Shown here: positions 51,827-62,321 of the stretch, in pieces
Layout of the letters: every line of letters begins with the position of its first letter
Position numbering within the stretch: position 1 is the first letter of the stretch
NCBI GenBank assembly: GCA_963695095.1
Contig: CAVOFT010000001.1
Coordinates: 256,001 to 320,000, forward strand
Direction of reading: 5' to 3'
Source: an uncultured bacterium
GTDB taxonomy: Bacteria > Krumholzibacteriota > Krumholzibacteriia > JACNKJ01
Length of the DNA: 64,000 bases
The notes under the pieces: model-generated
What the model was told of the DNA's origin: nothing
What the model saw: the letters and a program-made list of their open reading frames with translations, nothing else
Database searches by the model: none
Position numbers and translations under genes: made by a program

Positions 51827-54800
51827 TCACGGGGGCGGCTTCCTGAGCGGCAGCACGAGCGCCGCATCCGTCGGCGCGCCGATCTTGCCGGCGTAACCCC
51901 GCTTCGCTTCGATGTCCGCATCGGTGACGAAGCGCACGTCCAGCAGGCTCTCCTTCTCGACGCCGGTGCGCAGGGCATTCATCTCGGCCAGGGCCTGGTT
52001 CCAGGCGGCCAGCCAGAAGTCCAGCTCGTCGCGCGCCGGTCGGCCGGCGTCCACATGCACGAGCAGGTCGATGTCGCTGTCCGCCCGCGCGACGCCGTTC
52101 TTCACGCTGCCGTAGAGGTAAAGGCCCTTCACGCCGAAACGCTCGGCGTCCAGGCTGGCGGCAAGGCGCTCGGCCATGCGCCGGCGCCACTGCCAGTGGT
52201 CCTCGGCGTGCGGCAGCACGGGCGTCTCCGGCTCGGACTCGGCCTTGGGGCCGCTGCCGGGTTCGCAGAGGAAGCCGAGCGCCTCGTCGAGATCCGCGTT
52301 CAGGTGCACGCGCAGGATGCGTCCGTCCGCGGCGGCGGCGACGTCGATCACGCGCAGCACGCCAGCCAGGCGGGCGTGCTCGGGCGCCAGCGCCTCGAGC
52401 AGGTTGGGCGCTCCGAGCAGGAAGTCCTCGTCGAAGTGAACGGCGGTCTCGTCGGGGTAGAGCGGCAGGTAGCGGATGCGCGACTCGACGAGGTCCTGGA
52501 AAAAGTGCGTGCCGAAGGAAAGATCGGGCAGGTACTCGCCCTGGCGGCGGGCGATTTCTACCAGCATCGCGCAGTTGGAGATGTCCGCATAGGTCACGGG
52601 CACGCCGAGCTTGATGTCGCCGCGGCTGCCCCAGCGCCCCGGGCCCATCAGCACGAACTGCCGCCTGGGCAGCACCTTGTTGAGCCGGCCGACGGCGCGG
52701 CCCACGGCGAGCATGCTCTCGCGGTCGGGCAGCTCGGCGTAGGCCGCCGGATCCACGTAGACGATGTGCGAGAGATCCGGCATCCAGCCGTTGGACACGT
52801 AGCGCCGCGCGCTGAAGATGCGGTCAGCGGCCGGCAGCTCACGCGGGATGGGCGCCGGGCCGTCTTCAGCGACATGGCTCTGCGGCCGGCACTGCAGCAG
52901 GTAGAAGCGCTCGCCGTCATGGGCGAACTCCATGTCGATCGGCGTTCCCAGCTTCTCGGCCAGGATCTCGAGCATGTTCTTGATGTGGGTGAGAAAGGGC
53001 GTGCCCTCGAGCAGTCCCGCGAAGGTGGGCACGACGTCCTGGGTGCTGGCATCGAAGAGCAGGGGCACCAGGCGCTGCAGCCGCTCTCCTTTATATAGCG
53101 AGTAGATCAGCTCAAGCCCGGGCATCTCGTCGCCCAGCTCGCGCAGGAGCGCGTCGATGGAGTGCGTTTCGAAGCGGTTCGACTCCAGGTTGATCAGGTC
53201 GATCTTGCGCGGCGCGTAGCGGAGCTGCTCGTCGACGGCCGGGTTCGCGCGGAGCTGGGGGCGCCCCGGCACGGCGAGCACGGGATAGTCGTCGCCGATG
53301 CGGTCCACGGCCCGCGTGCCCAGGCCGGGCACCAGCCGCACGATGCCGTCCTCGCGCATGATGCGGGGCGACCAGCGGAACTCGTTGTTGCTGAAGGCCA
53401 CCCCGGCGAAGGCCGGCAGCCAGTACTTGCCCACCCGCCGACCCACCACGGCCTGGATGAGGATGCCCATCTCCTCGCTGAACTCGAGCAGGCCGCGGTC
53501 GCGGCGATAGGCGATGGGATCGGGCCCGAAGGTGGAGGCATAGACCTCGGCGATGGCGTCCAGGGTCGCGGCCACGCGCTCCTGCTTCGTGCCCTGATTG
53601 GGCAGGAAGAGGCTCTTGTACTTGCCGCTGAAGGCGGTGCCCAGGCGGTCCTCGAGCAGGCTCGAGCTGCGCACGATCAGCGGCGTCTCGCCCATCTCGT
53701 CGAGGGCGGCGCTGAGGCCGCGCACGAAGTCCGGCGGAAAGAGGCTGTCCTTGAACAGCTGCACGAGGTGGGGATACTCCTGCCGGATCTGCTCGACGTC
53801 CTTGAACTTCTGCTCGATGACGTCCTCGAGGTCGTTGTAGGCGATGAAGTCCATGACGGCGTCTGAGGCCACGTACCAGGTCTTGGGCACGTGGATCTCG
53901 CCGACGGGTCGCTCTGCGGCTGGAGCACTCGGTGAGCAGGCGATGGGCCAGGAGCAGCCCCGCGCTCTTGCCGCCCAGCTTACCCTGGCTGTCGGCGGGC
54001 AAGATCATGTGGTCGATCAGGGCGGCCATGTCGGTGATCTTGATGTAGTCCTTGGCCACCTTGAGAAAGTCGAGCTGCTCGGTGAGGAAGCGCCGCGCCA
54101 GCGTGACCCGCAGGCCGCGCAGCACGGACTGCGGCAGGCCGGCCCCGTCGGCCACCACGTGCTGGTAGCGGCGGACGGCCTCGGCGATCTCGTTGAGCGA
54201 GGAGCGGGGGCTGGCCAGGATGTTGATGAAGAAGCCGGCCCGGTCCTCCACCAGCCACTTCTCGACGAGCTTCAGGATCTGCTCGCCGCCCAGGTGAGCG
54301 GCGGCCAGCTCGAAGGGACGATCGCTGAGCAGCAGGTTGCGGTCCGCGTGGCGCCGCTCGCCGGCCACGTTGCTCTCGCCGGCGACGGCATCGGGGTCCG
54401 CCCAGGCGCGCGCCTCCAGCAGCATGCTGCGGGCCGCTTCGACGCCCACGCCGTAGAGGTGGTTGAGCATCTTGCGGGCGATGCGCAGGTAGAGCTCGGG
54501 ATCCGAGGTGCGCAGCATCTGCAGCGTGGCTTTCCATGTGCTGCGTCGGCCCTCGCGACGGCTCTGTTCCCAGCGTTCGCGCAGGCTGTCGATGCGCTTG
54601 TGCAGGATGTAGTGCGCCAGGCGATCGGCGATGGTGGTCGAGCAGCCTGCGCTCGCGCGCGGTGAAGGTCTCACCCTCGGGGCCCGTGCGCTCCTCGAGG
54701 TAGTAGACCTCCAGGGTGCCGAAGTTGCGGTCGAGAATGCGAATCGGCGCTGCCAACCGCCAGGATGTGGGCTCGAAGTCCTGGGCGCGATAGATCTCGT

Positions 54801-54999
54801 CCTCGAACTGGATGCGCGCCTGGCAGACATCGGAGAAGCGCCAGCCCTGTGGCAGCTCGGCGAGAACGAGGGCGAAGATCTCGGCCAGGCTGCTGTCCAT
54901 GTCCAGCAGCCGGTCCTCGATGTTGAAGAGGCAGTCGAGTTCCTTGGCCCGATCGCTGAGAGGCAGGAGCATGCCCGCCTGGCCCTGGGTGTCTGACAT
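51827..54999 (-). CDS. GAF-like + PEP/pyruvate-binding (PPDK_N) + nucleotidyltransferase multidomain protein (indels ~54635, ~53910)
   Basis: DRAKELDCLF...PQGWRF...LEVYY; GKLGGKSAGL; IVRSSSLLED...FSGKY; GLGTRAV; LLQCRP; C-terminal YLYGSVKNGVARADSDIDLLV. Confidence 0.8.
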
Positions 55000-55107
55000 C
55001 GCGCACCGCCGGCTGGGGTTCCCTGCAGCTTGCGCCTTGAGGGCGGTGGGCGTCAAGCCAGCCGCCGCGCTCCGCTTCGCGCCCCCGTTGCGCTCGGCGA
55101 AGGGGGG

Positions 55108-56091
55108 CTAGTACCAGTGCTCGCGGTCCACGGCGCGAGGCGGACTGCCGCGGGCGATGTTCCGGAGCAGGGCGGCCACGGCGTCCAGGCGCGCCTCCTC
55201 CCGCCCCTGGACATGACTGGCCCGGTGGGGGCTGAGGACCAGGTTCTCCCGACCGCTCGGATCGATCGCGCCCGGCTGGGTGGCGCCGGCCGCCGAGGGG
55301 CTCTCCGGGTAGCGCCACCAGGTGTCGATGCCCGCCGCGCCCAGCGGGCCCTGGTCGAGCGCTGCGTAGAAGGCCGCCTCGTCGATGGCCGGCCCGCGGC
55401 CCACGTTGACCAGCAGGGCGCCCGGTTTCATCAGCGCGAACTCGGCCGCGCCGAGCACGCCCGTGCAGGCCTCCGTATCCGGCAGGCTGCAGATGATGGC
55501 GTCGGCGGCGGGCAGCAACGCCGGCAGGTCGGCCAGCGTGCCCAGGCGGTCCAGCTCGCGTGCCGCGCCCGGACTGCGCCTCACGGCGCTCACCCGCATG
55601 CCGAAGGCGCGGCCGTAGGCGGCCAGGCGGCGGCCGATGGCCCCGTAGCCGAGCAGCAGCAGCTCACCGCCCTCGAGTCGCGCCGACCAGGGGCCCTCGT
55701 AGCGCGGGCACCAGTCGCCGCGAGCCAGGCGCTCGCTCATCGGCAGGAGTCGCTTGGCCGCGGCGAGCAGCAGGGCCCAGGCGTGCTCGGCCGTCGGGCC
55801 GGCATTGAAGTGCGAGCAGTAGAGCGCCACCTCGGAGCGCGCGGCGAGTTGAAGACGGTCCTGCCGCGGCACACCGGCCCAGGGAATGAGCTGGAAGCGC
55901 AGGCCGGTGGCGGCCGCCAGCAGCGCGGGAGGAATCTGGCCGGCGACGATGCCGTCGAGCTGCGGGGCCAGCGCCAGCGCCTGGTCGAGCTGCTCGCGCG
56001 CAAGCAGGTGCAAGCGCAGCTCCGGCGGCAGGGCCGCGCGCAGGCGCTCCGCTCGCGCGGGCGGCAATTCACCGAGGTAGAGGACGTCCAT
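55108..56091 (-). CDS. D-isomer-specific 2-hydroxyacid dehydrogenase
   Basis: TAEHA, LGYGAIG, LVNVGRG, SPHRA. Confidence 0.88.
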   Translation of the reverse strand: MDVLYLGELPPARAERLRAALPPELRLHLLAREQLDQALALAPQLDGIVAGQIPPALLAAATGLRFQLIPWAGVPRQDRLQLAARSEVALYCSHFNAGPTAEHAWALLLAAAKRLLPMSERLARGDWCPRYEGPWSARLEGGELLLLGYGAIGRRLAAYGRAFGMRVSAVRRSPGAARELDRLGTLADLPALLPAADAIICSLPDTEACTGVLGAAEFALMKPGALLVNVGRGPAIDEAAFYAALDQGPLGAAGIDTWWRYPESPSAAGATQPGAIDPSGRENLVLSPHRASHVQGREEARLDAVAALLRNIARGSPPRAVDREHWY

Positions 56092-56237
56092 GGCGGGTCA
56101 GTCTAGCTCAGCGGCGCTGCGGAAAGAAGCGGAGGGACTGCTCCACGCGACGCAAGAAATAGCGCTTCAGCGCCGGCCGGGCCGGGCCGAAGCCCTGGGT
56201 AAGCCTCTGACCTCTGGGAATCCCCTTCCCGGAACGG

Positions 56238-56272
56238 ACCGGCCGCTCTTCCCGGAGCGGCCGGTTTTTTTT
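56238..56272 (+). terminator. Strong intrinsic terminator with no + strand CDS upstream
   Basis: ACCGGCCGCTC-TTCCCG-GAGCGGCCGGT followed by a T run ending at 56272. Confidence 0.75.
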
Positions 56273-56422
56273 GCGGCCGGCCGCCGTTTTCCGCCGCCCG
56301 CCGGGGCCTGCCACCGCTCGCGCTTCCGCCCACCCCTTTCCTTTCCCGGCCCACATGCGCTATACTTGTGTCTTCCGAGCCCTCGCCACACAGCATGTGA
56401 CACGACACCGGAGGGAGAGGCC

Positions 56423-56770
56423 ATGCGGAAGCTCATCATCCCCATGCTTGCCCTGATCGCCCTGGGCGCCCCCTACACGCCACCTGCCGCCGCCGAGACC
56501 TGCGTCTGCCCGCCGCGGGCGCACGTGAGCGGCGTCAAGAACCGGCGCGACCTGCGCCACACGCTCTACGCCAAGCGCCTCGTCGGCGACAAGCTCGCCG
56601 TCTTCGAGGAGCACGGCTTCACGCCCTACCGCCTGCGCGAGGACAGGGGCGGCGGTGAAGTCATCGAGCGCTGGCGCTATCCCGAACTCGGTCTCGAGTA
56701 TCGCTTCGATGCGGCCAGCCGCCTCGTCGCCGTGCGCGAGACGGAGCCGGGCGACCGCGTCTTCAACTGA
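56423..56770 (+). CDS. Secreted hypothetical protein (probable paralogue of 7697-8065)
   Basis: RBS GGAGGGAG, TATACT at 56361, signal peptide, FEEHGFTPYR...ERWRY...EYRF. Confidence 0.7.
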   Translation: MRKLIIPMLALIALGAPYTPPAAAETCVCPPRAHVSGVKNRRDLRHTLYAKRLVGDKLAVFEEHGFTPYRLREDRGGGEVIERWRYPELGLEYRFDAASRLVAVRETEPGDRVFN

Positions 56771-56832
56771 GCCGGGCCCGGCACGCCGCGACTTACCTGG
56801 CGTCTTCGGGCGGCTGCCGGTAGCCTGGTGGC

Positions 56833-57135
56833 ATGCACTACCTGCTGTTCTACGAGGCCGCCGCCGACTACGTCGAGCGGCGGGGCGCGCTGCGCGAGGC
56901 GCATCTCGCCCTGGCGCGCCCGGCCGTGGCGCGCGGCGAGCTGCTGCTGGGGGGCGCCTTCGCTGATCCCGTGGACGGGGCCGTCCTGCTCTTCCAGGGC
57001 GAGAGCCCGGCCGTGGCCGAAGCCTTCGCCAGGGCCGATCCCTACCTGCAGCAGGGACTCGTCACGCGCTGGTACGTCCGCGAGTGGACCACGGTGGTGG
57101 GCCCCGGCGCGGCGGTGCGCCTGCCGGGCAGCTAG
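56833..57135 (+). CDS. YciI-family protein
   Basis: MHYLLFY...REAHL...GGAFADP...DPYLQQGLV..WYVREW. Confidence 0.85.
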   Translation: MHYLLFYEAAADYVERRGALREAHLALARPAVARGELLLGGAFADPVDGAVLLFQGESPAVAEAFARADPYLQQGLVTRWYVREWTTVVGPGAAVRLPGS

Positions 57136-57242
57136 CCTCACCGGTGGCCGCGTGCGCGCCGGCCGCACTGGTCCCGGCCGAGTGTACACGTGTACAAACC
57201 GCGCCGTTCGATAGGCGATCCCTGGTGTCGGCGGGACAGTGG

Positions 57243-58448
57243 CTAGTAGAGCGCCTTGATGGCGCCCCAGCTCGTCTCCTTGGTGCCCGTGCTCCCGCAG
57301 GCCACAGGGAATGCACCCATGAGGAGGCCGCAGTCGTTGTTCTCGGGTGCGCAGGGGGAGTCCGCATGCAGGCCGTAGAGGTTGCCGCCGCGACCGCAGA
57401 AGAGCGGATCCGTCGAGATGTTGCCGTACTGCCCGGTCAGATTCGGCAGATTGACGTAGTCCGCGTAAGTGTTGCCGAAGACGTTGTTGCAGTCGATGGG
57501 CCCGTGCAAGGTTTCCCACCAACTGATCCCAGAGCCGTGGTTGAAGGCCACGATGCACTGGGTGATCCGCGGCTGCATGGGATGGTCCCAGGTCGAGCCA
57601 CAGTGGATCGCCCCTACCCAGGTGCCCGCGGGGCCGTTGCCGACAAAGGTGCAGTTGCGCAGTACGATTCCGGCATCGAAGGCGAGCCCTGAGCCGGCAT
57701 TGTTCAAGAAGAGGGAGTTCTCGATCGTCGGCCCGATGCCGTCGACCTCGCCGTTGTAGACGACCATGCCGCTGCCGAGGTTGTCGTGAACGTAGAGGTC
57801 CGCGAGATGGCCGATGAAGTCGTTGTAGTAGATGCCGCTGCCGGAACTGGCTAGGTTACCGTATGCCTCGAGCCTCTGAACCATCGGTGCATGCGCGTAG
57901 CCGGCACTCTGGAAGAAGGCTCCGCCACCGTCGATGTAGGTATGCGTCGAGCGGTTATTCCGAACTACGCAATCAGAGACAGTCGCTCCACCCCAGACAA
58001 AGAGACCGATGCCGTATCCTCCATGCTCCATTGTGCAGTCCTCGATGGTGAGATCAATCAGAGTCGCATCACCCCTAACCATCAGACCTCCGCCGTATCG
58101 CCCGCCAGCAGGATTCCCGCCGCGCAAGGTGATGCACTGCAGGACATTCTCCGCACTGAGGTTCTCGCCCCCCAGGACTCGCCCCTGAAGCTGGGCATCA
58201 ATGACGGTTGCTTCCGGACTGGATGTACGACCGAGAATCGAGACGCCCGGCGGCCAGACGAGATCGTGCTCATAGTAGGTCCCCGGTGCGATGCTGACCG
58301 TATCGCCCGAGCTCGCCGCCGCAAGCGCTGCGGCGATCGTGGCATGCCCTTCTGGCACCTGGAGGAGCGCCGCGGCCGCTGGCCTCGCTTGAAGCGAGGC
58401 CAGCACCGCAACAACAGCGATTGAGCCGATGCAGAATCGTGAGCTCAT
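57243..58448 (-). CDS. Secreted right-handed beta-helix protein with the C-terminal tail SWGAIKALY
   Basis: VPEGHATIAAAL...GDTVSIAPGTY, GGG/N-C repeats, GNISTDPLFC...SPC, ends TGTKETSWGAIKALY. Confidence 0.8.
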   Translation of the reverse strand: MSSRFCIGSIAVVAVLASLQARPAAAALLQVPEGHATIAAALAAASSGDTVSIAPGTYYEHDLVWPPGVSILGRTSSPEATVIDAQLQGRVLGGENLSAENVLQCITLRGGNPAGGRYGGGLMVRGDATLIDLTIEDCTMEHGGYGIGLFVWGGATVSDCVVRNNRSTHTYIDGGGAFFQSAGYAHAPMVQRLEAYGNLASSGSGIYYNDFIGHLADLYVHDNLGSGMVVYNGEVDGIGPTIENSLFLNNAGSGLAFDAGIVLRNCTFVGNGPAGTWVGAIHCGSTWDHPMQPRITQCIVAFNHGSGISWWETLHGPIDCNNVFGNTYADYVNLPNLTGQYGNISTDPLFCGRGGNLYGLHADSPCAPENNDCGLLMGAFPVACGSTGTKETSWGAIKALY

Positions 58449-58936
58449 TGTCCTTCTGCCGCAAGTGATGAGAGTCGAAGCTGCCCAGCCGTGATCAGCG
58501 GCGAGCATTCGCAGTCGATGTCTCCGCACTCGAAGGCGAGTACGAGGATTGCGCTCTGCGGGCCCGTCCAGTCCATCAGCAGCTTTCCAATCTCGGCATG
58601 GAAGGCGCTCTGTCCCTCGGCAGGGAAGAAGAGCCCGGTCATGCCGTTTGCCGGATCCAATGCCGGCTCCCAGTCACCGGGCAGCTCGGCCCAGAGGCTG
58701 GCCGCCGCCAGAGTCAGCTTCCCGAGCGCTGTTGGGCAGTTCGCCGTGAACTGAATGTCGGCGCCCTTGAGCACTCCGGCGGCTCCTTCCGGTACCTCAA
58801 TTGTCGCATAGGCGATCCGGTGGCCGCTAGTCGCCACCTCGGTGAATGTCAGCGGCTGCTCCGTGACCAGCAGCTCCGCCTGGGCAGCCCCCGCCAGCAG
58901 CAGAAGCAGCGCCCCGATGGTCAATCCTTTGCTCAT
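58445..58936 (-). CDS. Secreted hypothetical protein
   Basis: RBS GGAGGAG, signal peptide (AQA-E), ATGA overlap with the next gene. Confidence 0.7.
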   Translation of the reverse strand: MSKGLTIGALLLLLAGAAQAELLVTEQPLTFTEVATSGHRIAYATIEVPEGAAGVLKGADIQFTANCPTALGKLTLAAASLWAELPGDWEPALDPANGMTGLFFPAEGQSAFHAEIGKLLMDWTGPQSAILVLAFECGDIDCECSPLITAGQLRLSSLAAEGQ

Positions 58937-58964
58937 GGCTCCTCCCTACTCCTGGTAGTGGGTT

Positions 58965-61900
58965 CTACTTGACGAGGGTGGCCTTCACCACTTCCTCGCG
59001 GTCCCGGAAGTTGAACTGGCAGAGGTACATGCCCGAGGGCAGGGCTTCGCCGGCGTCGTTCTTGCCGTTGAACTCGATCCGGTGCTCGCCGCTCGGGAGC
59101 GCCTTGTCCAGGAGCCGGCGAACGGCCCGGCCGCGGATGTCGTAGACTGTAGCCCGGACGAGCCCGCCCCCGCGGGGGACCGTGACCGTGAACTCGGTGA
59201 TCGGATTGAAGGGATTGGGGTAGTTGCGGCCTACCGTGAAGGGCGGGCTGGGCTCCTCCACCAGGACCATGAAGTCCGGCGGCGGCGGTAGGTTGGGATC
59301 CACGAGGAGGGGGAAGAGCGCATCCACGCGGCCCTTGTTGCTCTTGGCTGGCGGCCCCGAGGGGCTGCCCCACCAGTTCTGTCGGGCTGAGATCGTGCCT
59401 GTCGGGTGGATGTTGACGATGTTGAACTTCTCATTGTCCACGAAGACGTTGTAGCCGCCCTTGTTCAGAGGATTGTTCGGCGGCTCCTGGTAGTAGCCGA
59501 AGAACATGAGGTTGTCGCCGGGGTTGTTCAGGGCGGCCTGGTAGCAGTCGGTGAAGCTCGAGTACTCGGCGCTGAAGCGGCCAGAACCCTGGAGGCTGAC
59601 ACCCACCGTGTAGCCGCGCACCGTCAGTCCCGTCGCCTGAACCACGCCGCCCTGGACGTCCACGCCCAGTTCACCGCGATCGATCCCCTGCGGATCGTAG
59701 GCGTGCTCGACGAGGACGTTGCTCAGGAAGAGCGTGTCCGCAGTGCCAGCGACCGCGCGGATGGCGACCTCTGCATCGCGGAAGATGCTGTGTTCAACGA
59801 ACACGCGGCTCCCGCCCTCGAATTGAACCGGTGGCAAGGGCGGCGCCGTCCCCGGGACGTGCTCGAACTTGCACCACTCCAGGTGGACATTGTCCCCAGG
59901 GACCACCGTCCAGCCCGACTCGAAGGTGCAGCCCCGCAGCCAGGCCTGCTCGACTTCGAGAAGCACCGACTCCCCGTTGCCTGGATCCGCGAAGCTGCAA
60001 CTGCTAACGATCGTCGAATCGGCATTGGCGCTTCCCGAACCGATGACGCTGAGCGTCGGGAGGCCGATGAAGTCGCAGTGCTCCAGGCGACCGCCTTCCC
60101 CCAGGTTCAAGGTGCAGTTCGAGTCGAAGGTGCAGAACCGGAACCAAGCATGATCGACAGCGAGGCGCACCGGTCCCCCGTTGACGGGATCCGTGAATGA
60201 GCAGTTCAGGACGAGAGTTGAATCTTCGCTCGCTGCGCCGCTGATGCTGAGGGTTGAGAAACCGGTGAAGTTGCAGTGCTGCAGCCTCACCGGCTGCGAA
60301 TCATCGGGCCCAATCTGGCGGAACACAAGCTCGGCCGCCCCTTCGGCATCCGGGCCGAAGGAGACGAAATCGACGGGCGCCGCTGCCGTGCCCGCTACGC
60401 GGATTCGCCGGCCCGCTATCTCGATGTGCTGCGGGTCGGTGCCAGTGGCCTCGTTGTCGAAGTTGGCGATGTAGACCGTCGTGCCGGGTGCGATGGTCAG
60501 CACGGCGTTCGCGGGCACGGTGTAGTCACCGGATACCCAAACCTCGCCGCTCCACGTGACAGCGGGCAGCTCGCTATCGCGAGGGCCGCCCCATTCCGTT
60601 AGAGAGCGGTAGGGGTTGATCAGGCCGGAGCCGAGCTTCCCTTGGTGGATCGGCTCCTGGATTGCGTCGACATCAACAGCCCCGCGGACCATCTCATCGA
60701 TCAAGTCTTGCCGGCTGTGCTCGGGGTAATGGGCCTTCAGCAGGGCGAAAGCGCCAGAGAGCTGAGCCGCTCCGCCCGAGGTATCGCCATCGAGCTGCTT
60801 ATAGGTGTGGATGTCTCCCGTATCGTGCTCGGCGTCATGCGGGGGGATCGTCCCTGGCACGTCCACCCAGTAGGGGTCTGGCGGTCCCCAGACTACAGCG
60901 GCCATGTACTCGTCCGACTCCCAGTCGTCGTCCCATGCGGGATCGCTCTGGTTCACCTTCTTCTCGCCGGAGGGGGCGCAGAAATCCACGTAGGAGGCGA
61001 AGCAACTCTGGTGGGCCTTTATCATGTCAGGTCCCACCACAGCGGTCGCTAGTACCGCGTCCCAGGCCGCGGGCCAGCGAGTGACCTCGTTGTTTAGGTT
61101 GCCCGCCGAGCAACAGATGATGATTCCCGCTTCTGCAGCATCATCGAGTGCATCGCGAAGGTCGGTGGATTCCTCATGCACGGACGAGCTGTAGGAAAGG
61201 CTGATGTTGATGATGTCGACGTCGAGTAGGATCGCGTAGTCGATAGCCTCGAGCATCTCGTCGATTGCAATCGCATGCGCATCAACGTCCCCATACTCGA
61301 TGGGTGCCCCGGCGTTGATGGGAACGATCGTCACTCGTGGGCAGACACCGATACAGCCGAACCCATTGTGGACAGCGCCAATGATGCTTGCCATCTGGGT
61401 GCCATGAGCGCCCTGCTTTCCGTACATTCCGTTATGATAGAGATCGATGTCGGAACCGCATTGCGCGTTGCCCGGATCCCAGAGGGGCAGGGTCGGCGGG
61501 CCTCCCCAGCGGAGGATGTCGTGAATGCGAAGGCCCATGAGATCATCGACCTTCCCGTTTTCATCGTCATCGACACCGTTCACGTCAGGGGCGTCGACGG
61601 TCCAGGGGGAGTAGATGTCCCCAGGAATCTCGCGCACCATGACGGAGGGCTCTCCGCCAACGTTCTCGCCAAGATTCTGCCAGATGTTCTCTGCAAGGTC
61701 AGGGTGGCGCCAGTCCACGCCCGAGTCGATGATCGCTACCTTCACCGCGGGATCGCCATCTTCGACCAGCCAAGCGAGGTTTGTTTGCGTCATCCGTAAG
61801 TTCCACTGGTCTCGAAGGTTCGTGAAATCCTCGAAAGTGCCGATCAGGTTGCCGTTGTAGGCGACGACCGAGCAATTCGGCCAGTCGAGCTGTGGGTAGC

Positions 61901-62321
61901 GCAGGTCATTCGCCTCGCTGAACGGCGGGTAGGGCCAGTAGTCCTCCTGGAAGTAGAAATCGTCCGGCTCGGACGAAATCGTATCCGAGAGGAGGAGCGC
62001 ATTGGGCTCGGCGTGGACGACGCCCGAGAGGGCTCTCAGGCTGCCCATGATCGCGGAGCGATCGCCCGGGTTCGTGGGAACGAAGACGAAGGTGTTGCCG
62101 GCTCCCGGACGAAACTCGCGAACCCATCGCAGCTTCCCTTCGGCGGCGACGATGGCGGCTAGAGCCGGGTCTTGAACGATGCAGGAGTCGGCGGGCCCCA
62201 GGGCGATGGCCCCGGGCAGCACCTTGAAGATGATCTCCCCGGTGTCGGGAGGCGCCTGCGCGAAGGCCGAGTCGGCGAACAGGACGATAGCCATCACAGC
62301 AAAAAGCATGGTTCTCGACAT
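58965..62321 (-). CDS. S8 subtilisin-like protease with a beta-helix region and a FlgD/T9SS-type CTD
   Basis: AIIDSGVDWRHPDL (Asp), HGTQMASII (His), SAGN, GDTSGGAA (Ser); CTD NYPNPFNP...VYDIRGRAV...PSGMY...TLVK. Confidence 0.88.
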   Translation of the reverse strand: MSRTMLFAVMAIVLFADSAFAQAPPDTGEIIFKVLPGAIALGPADSCIVQDPALAAIVAAEGKLRWVREFRPGAGNTFVFVPTNPGDRSAIMGSLRALSGVVHAEPNALLLSDTISSEPDDFYFQEDYWPYPPFSEANDLRYPQLDWPNCSVVAYNGNLIGTFEDFTNLRDQWNLRMTQTNLAWLVEDGDPAVKVAIIDSGVDWRHPDLAENIWQNLGENVGGEPSVMVREIPGDIYSPWTVDAPDVNGVDDDENGKVDDLMGLRIHDILRWGGPPTLPLWDPGNAQCGSDIDLYHNGMYGKQGAHGTQMASIIGAVHNGFGCIGVCPRVTIVPINAGAPIEYGDVDAHAIAIDEMLEAIDYAILLDVDIINISLSYSSSVHEESTDLRDALDDAAEAGIIICCSAGNLNNEVTRWPAAWDAVLATAVVGPDMIKAHQSCFASYVDFCAPSGEKKVNQSDPAWDDDWESDEYMAAVVWGPPDPYWVDVPGTIPPHDAEHDTGDIHTYKQLDGDTSGGAAQLSGAFALLKAHYPEHSRQDLIDEMVRGAVDVDAIQEPIHQGKLGSGLINPYRSLTEWGGPRDSELPAVTWSGEVWVSGDYTVPANAVLTIAPGTTVYIANFDNEATGTDPQHIEIAGRRIRVAGTAAAPVDFVSFGPDAEGAAELVFRQIGPDDSQPVRLQHCNFTGFSTLSISGAASEDSTLVLNCSFTDPVNGGPVRLAVDHAWFRFCTFDSNCTLNLGEGGRLEHCDFIGLPTLSVIGSGSANADSTIVSSCSFADPGNGESVLLEVEQAWLRGCTFESGWTVVPGDNVHLEWCKFEHVPGTAPPLPPVQFEGGSRVFVEHSIFRDAEVAIRAVAGTADTLFLSNVLVEHAYDPQGIDRGELGVDVQGGVVQATGLTVRGYTVGVSLQGSGRFSAEYSSFTDCYQAALNNPGDNLMFFGYYQEPPNNPLNKGGYNVFVDNEKFNIVNIHPTGTISARQNWWGSPSGPPAKSNKGRVDALFPLLVDPNLPPPPDFMVLVEEPSPPFTVGRNYPNPFNPITEFTVTVPRGGGLVRATVYDIRGRAVRRLLDKALPSGEHRIEFNGKNDAGEALPSGMYLCQFNFRDREEVVKATLVK

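Noticed and set aside
57183..57196. TGTACACGTGTACA as a fourth LacI operator
   Set aside because: It resembles the consensus but lies between convergent 3' ends, far from the locus.
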